Positions 32,674-34,536 of a stretch of 34,536 bases of DNA are shown in pieces (position 1 is the stretch's first letter; each line of letters starts with the position of its first letter). This DNA comes from a virus (Duplodnaviria > Caudoviricetes). The notes under the pieces are model-generated. The model was not told where the DNA came from. It searched no databases and worked only from the letters and a program-made list of their open reading frames with translations. Both the position numbers and the translations under genes were made by a program. The DNA lies in IMG/VR virus record IMGVR_UViG_3300030372_001385, positions 1 through 34,536 of that record; one strand, given 5' to 3'.

Positions 32674-32772
32674 AAAGATATAATAACATAGAGATTTTAA
32701 TAATTGAATATAATCAATCATTTTATTCATTATCTCTCTTATATGGGTCATTTACAGGGTTCTGGTGGGTTA

Positions 32773-33261
32773 TTATCTTCTTTTGATTATCTTGATTGGG
32801 GGATTAAAACTCCAACCATATTGATAATCTTTTTCAATTAATTTTTCATAGTCATCAGCTCGATTATATGAAGATATTAATTGATGAGTTGTTACTTTAT
32901 GTTGTCTGTATCCATCATATAGCATTTTATAATAATATTGACTGGGTGTTTCTAATCTGGTTTTATTTCTTGGTGTCATAATATAAAACATCATCTTACC
33001 TTTTTTGGTTTTTATATATTGCTTTTCATAAAATGTTGGAAAACCCTCAAGAATATCTAATGATTTTTCGCAGTCTTTAGATATATCCCAAATTGTACCA
33101 ATAACCTTATCTTTTTTGTTTCCTGTAAAATCAATATCTGCAACTCTTCTAAATTGTAATAGAAATTTGTAAAGAGTATAATTACCCAAATATTTAGCTT
33201 TTGGGCATCTCATTGCCATTGATTCTTGATTGGTATTCATACCATAGGCGAAATATAGCAT
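32773..33261 (-). CDS. Gamma-glutamylcyclotransferase (GGCT/AIG2-like), start revised to MLYFAYG
   Basis: YFAYGMN....M..RCP.A, LDILEGFPTFY and PSQYY motifs. GGGAG upstream. Confidence 0.9.
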   Translation of the reverse strand: MLYFAYGMNTNQESMAMRCPKAKYLGNYTLYKFLLQFRRVADIDFTGNKKDKVIGTIWDISKDCEKSLDILEGFPTFYEKQYIKTKKGKMMFYIMTPRNKTRLETPSQYYYKMLYDGYRQHKVTTHQLISSYNRADDYEKLIEKDYQYGWSFNPPIKIIKRR

Positions 33262-33262
33262 A

Positions 33263-33508
33263 TTAATTATATCTCCCGGATTCAATAAGAAAGCCATTCT
33301 CTATCAATGAATTGATAAAAGAATCTGCATCATCTGTATCAATAATAGTTTTATCCCATAAGTATATTCTTTCTGCTACTGATTTCATATAATTTTGTGG
33401 AATATCGTGATGATTGAATATATCTTCCATCATCTTTTCTACTGCCATATCTGGGGTTTTAGAAATAATATAGCTTTTTCCCCATTTGTAAATTGTAATT
33501 TCTTTCAT
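33263..33508 (-). CDS. Hypothetical protein within the amidoligase cassette
   Basis: GAGGTG RBS, TAATG-coupled to the amidoligase. Confidence 0.7.
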   Translation of the reverse strand: MKEITIYKWGKSYIISKTPDMAVEKMMEDIFNHHDIPQNYMKSVAERIYLWDKTIIDTDDADSFINSLIENGFLIESGRYN

Positions 33509-34362
33509 TATATTGTCACCTCATTTTCTGGATTTAGTTCTGCTCTTCTGTTTAGAAAGTATCTGTATGAATCATTTGATAATCTTCTTTTGAAAAGTTG
33601 GTCAAATGAATTTTCTGCTTTCATGGCAGGAGATATTGCTTTGTTTGCTTTTGCTTTTTTGATGGCTAATTCAATCATTGTTTCTAGAAGTTCAATCCAT
33701 TTTTGAATTTTTAGAAAATCTTGTGATGAGGAATGTTGTCTGAATTCGATTGTCCCGTTGCTCATGAAGTTTGTTAAGTTGATTGCTGTATATCTTGTTC
33801 CGTGTACCTCTGTGTGGATTTCTCTAATTGTTTGGCATCTGTTTAATGCTTTTGAATATCTTTTTAGTGGTGATGTTCTTGCATTTCTTAGTCTTAATTT
33901 GTAATCATTTCTTTTAGCCCAATTTGATTTTCTTCTGCTCATTGGAAGAATTGAATTTATATCATCTTGAAATTTTGTATATGTGATTAAAAGATTTTTG
34001 ATTGCTTTTAGTTTTTGGTCTGGAGTAAGATTTGCATCATCCATTGCTTTATCGATTCCAAAGTGGATGTGAAGTCCGGTTGATTTGTTAACCTTTGTAA
34101 TTTCGTTTGAGTTGAACCAATCTGTAATCTTTTTTAAGTCATCAAGATTTTCTAGGATTGGTGATACCAATTCAAAGTCATTTCTGTAATCAGTTTCAGT
34201 ATTGATTGAAGAATCGTAAACCATTTTCCAGTGATTTCTTGTTGAGTGGTTGTAATTTTCTGATTGAATTAAAACCTCTGTTTCATTAGTCATTTTGTTG
34301 GCTAATGTTGCTCTATCAATTTTTGATATGCCTTCTATTTCTATTCCTTTTGTTATTTTCAT
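33508..34362 (-). CDS. Putative amidoligase (COOH-NH2 ligase, glutamine synthetase-like fold), start revised to MKITKG
   Basis: GIEIE, WK.V.DSS, ELVSPIL, NKSTGLHIH, RY.AINL and GTIEFRQH. AAAGGAGAAACAAG-ATG at 34362. Confidence 0.9.
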   Translation of the reverse strand: MKITKGIEIEGISKIDRATLANKMTNETEVLIQSENYNHSTRNHWKMVYDSSINTETDYRNDFELVSPILENLDDLKKITDWFNSNEITKVNKSTGLHIHFGIDKAMDDANLTPDQKLKAIKNLLITYTKFQDDINSILPMSRRKSNWAKRNDYKLRLRNARTSPLKRYSKALNRCQTIREIHTEVHGTRYTAINLTNFMSNGTIEFRQHSSSQDFLKIQKWIELLETMIELAIKKAKANKAISPAMKAENSFDQLFKRRLSNDSYRYFLNRRAELNPENEVTI

Positions 34363-34374
34363 CTTGTTTCTCCT

Positions 34375-34536
34375 TTCTTGATTGTTTATCATCATGAGTA
34401 TAGTATGAAGGATTATATATAAATGTCAATAAGATATACACAAATTGTTTTACCCTTTGTTTATAAGGGTTCTCGGGTCGATTTTTTTAATTATATGAAT
34501 ATTCCAGTATAGGGTTCTTTTTTTTCTTCAATTATA
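34375..34536. repeat. Terminal direct repeat / circular assembly overlap (right copy)
   Basis: Matches 1..162, giving a unit genome of about 34,374 bp. Confidence 0.95.
34400..34429 (-). promoter_or_regulatory. Sigma70-type promoter TTGACA-18-TACTAT with palindrome TTATATATAA
   Basis: Perfect -35 hexamer upstream of the amidoligase. Duplicated at 26..55. Confidence 0.7.

Noticed and set aside
862-33706. Numerous plus-strand ORFs in the track (e.g. 28352..28921, 29144..29695, 6045..6308)
   Set aside because: They are antisense shadows of well-supported minus-strand genes, with no motifs or RBS. Only the repressor at about 18894..19235 is kept.
1-34536. CRISPR array, tRNA or rRNA genes, alternative genetic code
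   Set aside because: No repeat-spacer array. The 16.5-kb structure lacks tRNA T-loop/CCA features. The standard code gives dense, intact genes.

Overview
This window is an apparently complete, circularly assembled, AT-rich tailed-phage genome of about 34.37 kb. The ends overlap by 162 nt (1..162 = 34375..34536, with two mismatches). It looks like a siphovirus: it has tail tube, G/GT chaperone frameshift, 600-aa tape measure and no sheath. The head genes are Mu-like (DUF935-type portal fused to MuF, Com-like zinc finger, gpI-like protease/scaffold, capsid). All convincing genes are on the minus strand except one double-HTH repressor. I recognise no integrase, DNA polymerase, helicase or endolysin. 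The main points of interest are: (1) a ParB / ABC-ATPase / GNAT module next to the terminase, whose last two ORFs join through a -1 shift at a T9 run; (2) a 949-aa GT4 + methyltransferase + GT2 fusion and an amidoligase/GGCT cassette inserted between the capsid and head-completion genes; (3) a candidate regulatory circuit made of a structured intergenic RNA (9.59-9.66 kb) complementary to three early leaders, a cloverleaf uORF leader and shared palindromic operators; (4) many apparently leaderless genes; (5) codon-level avoidance of GATC and CCWGG; (6) a four-domain portal; (7) two families of paralogous tail-tip proteins. Family names come from recalled motifs, not from database searches.
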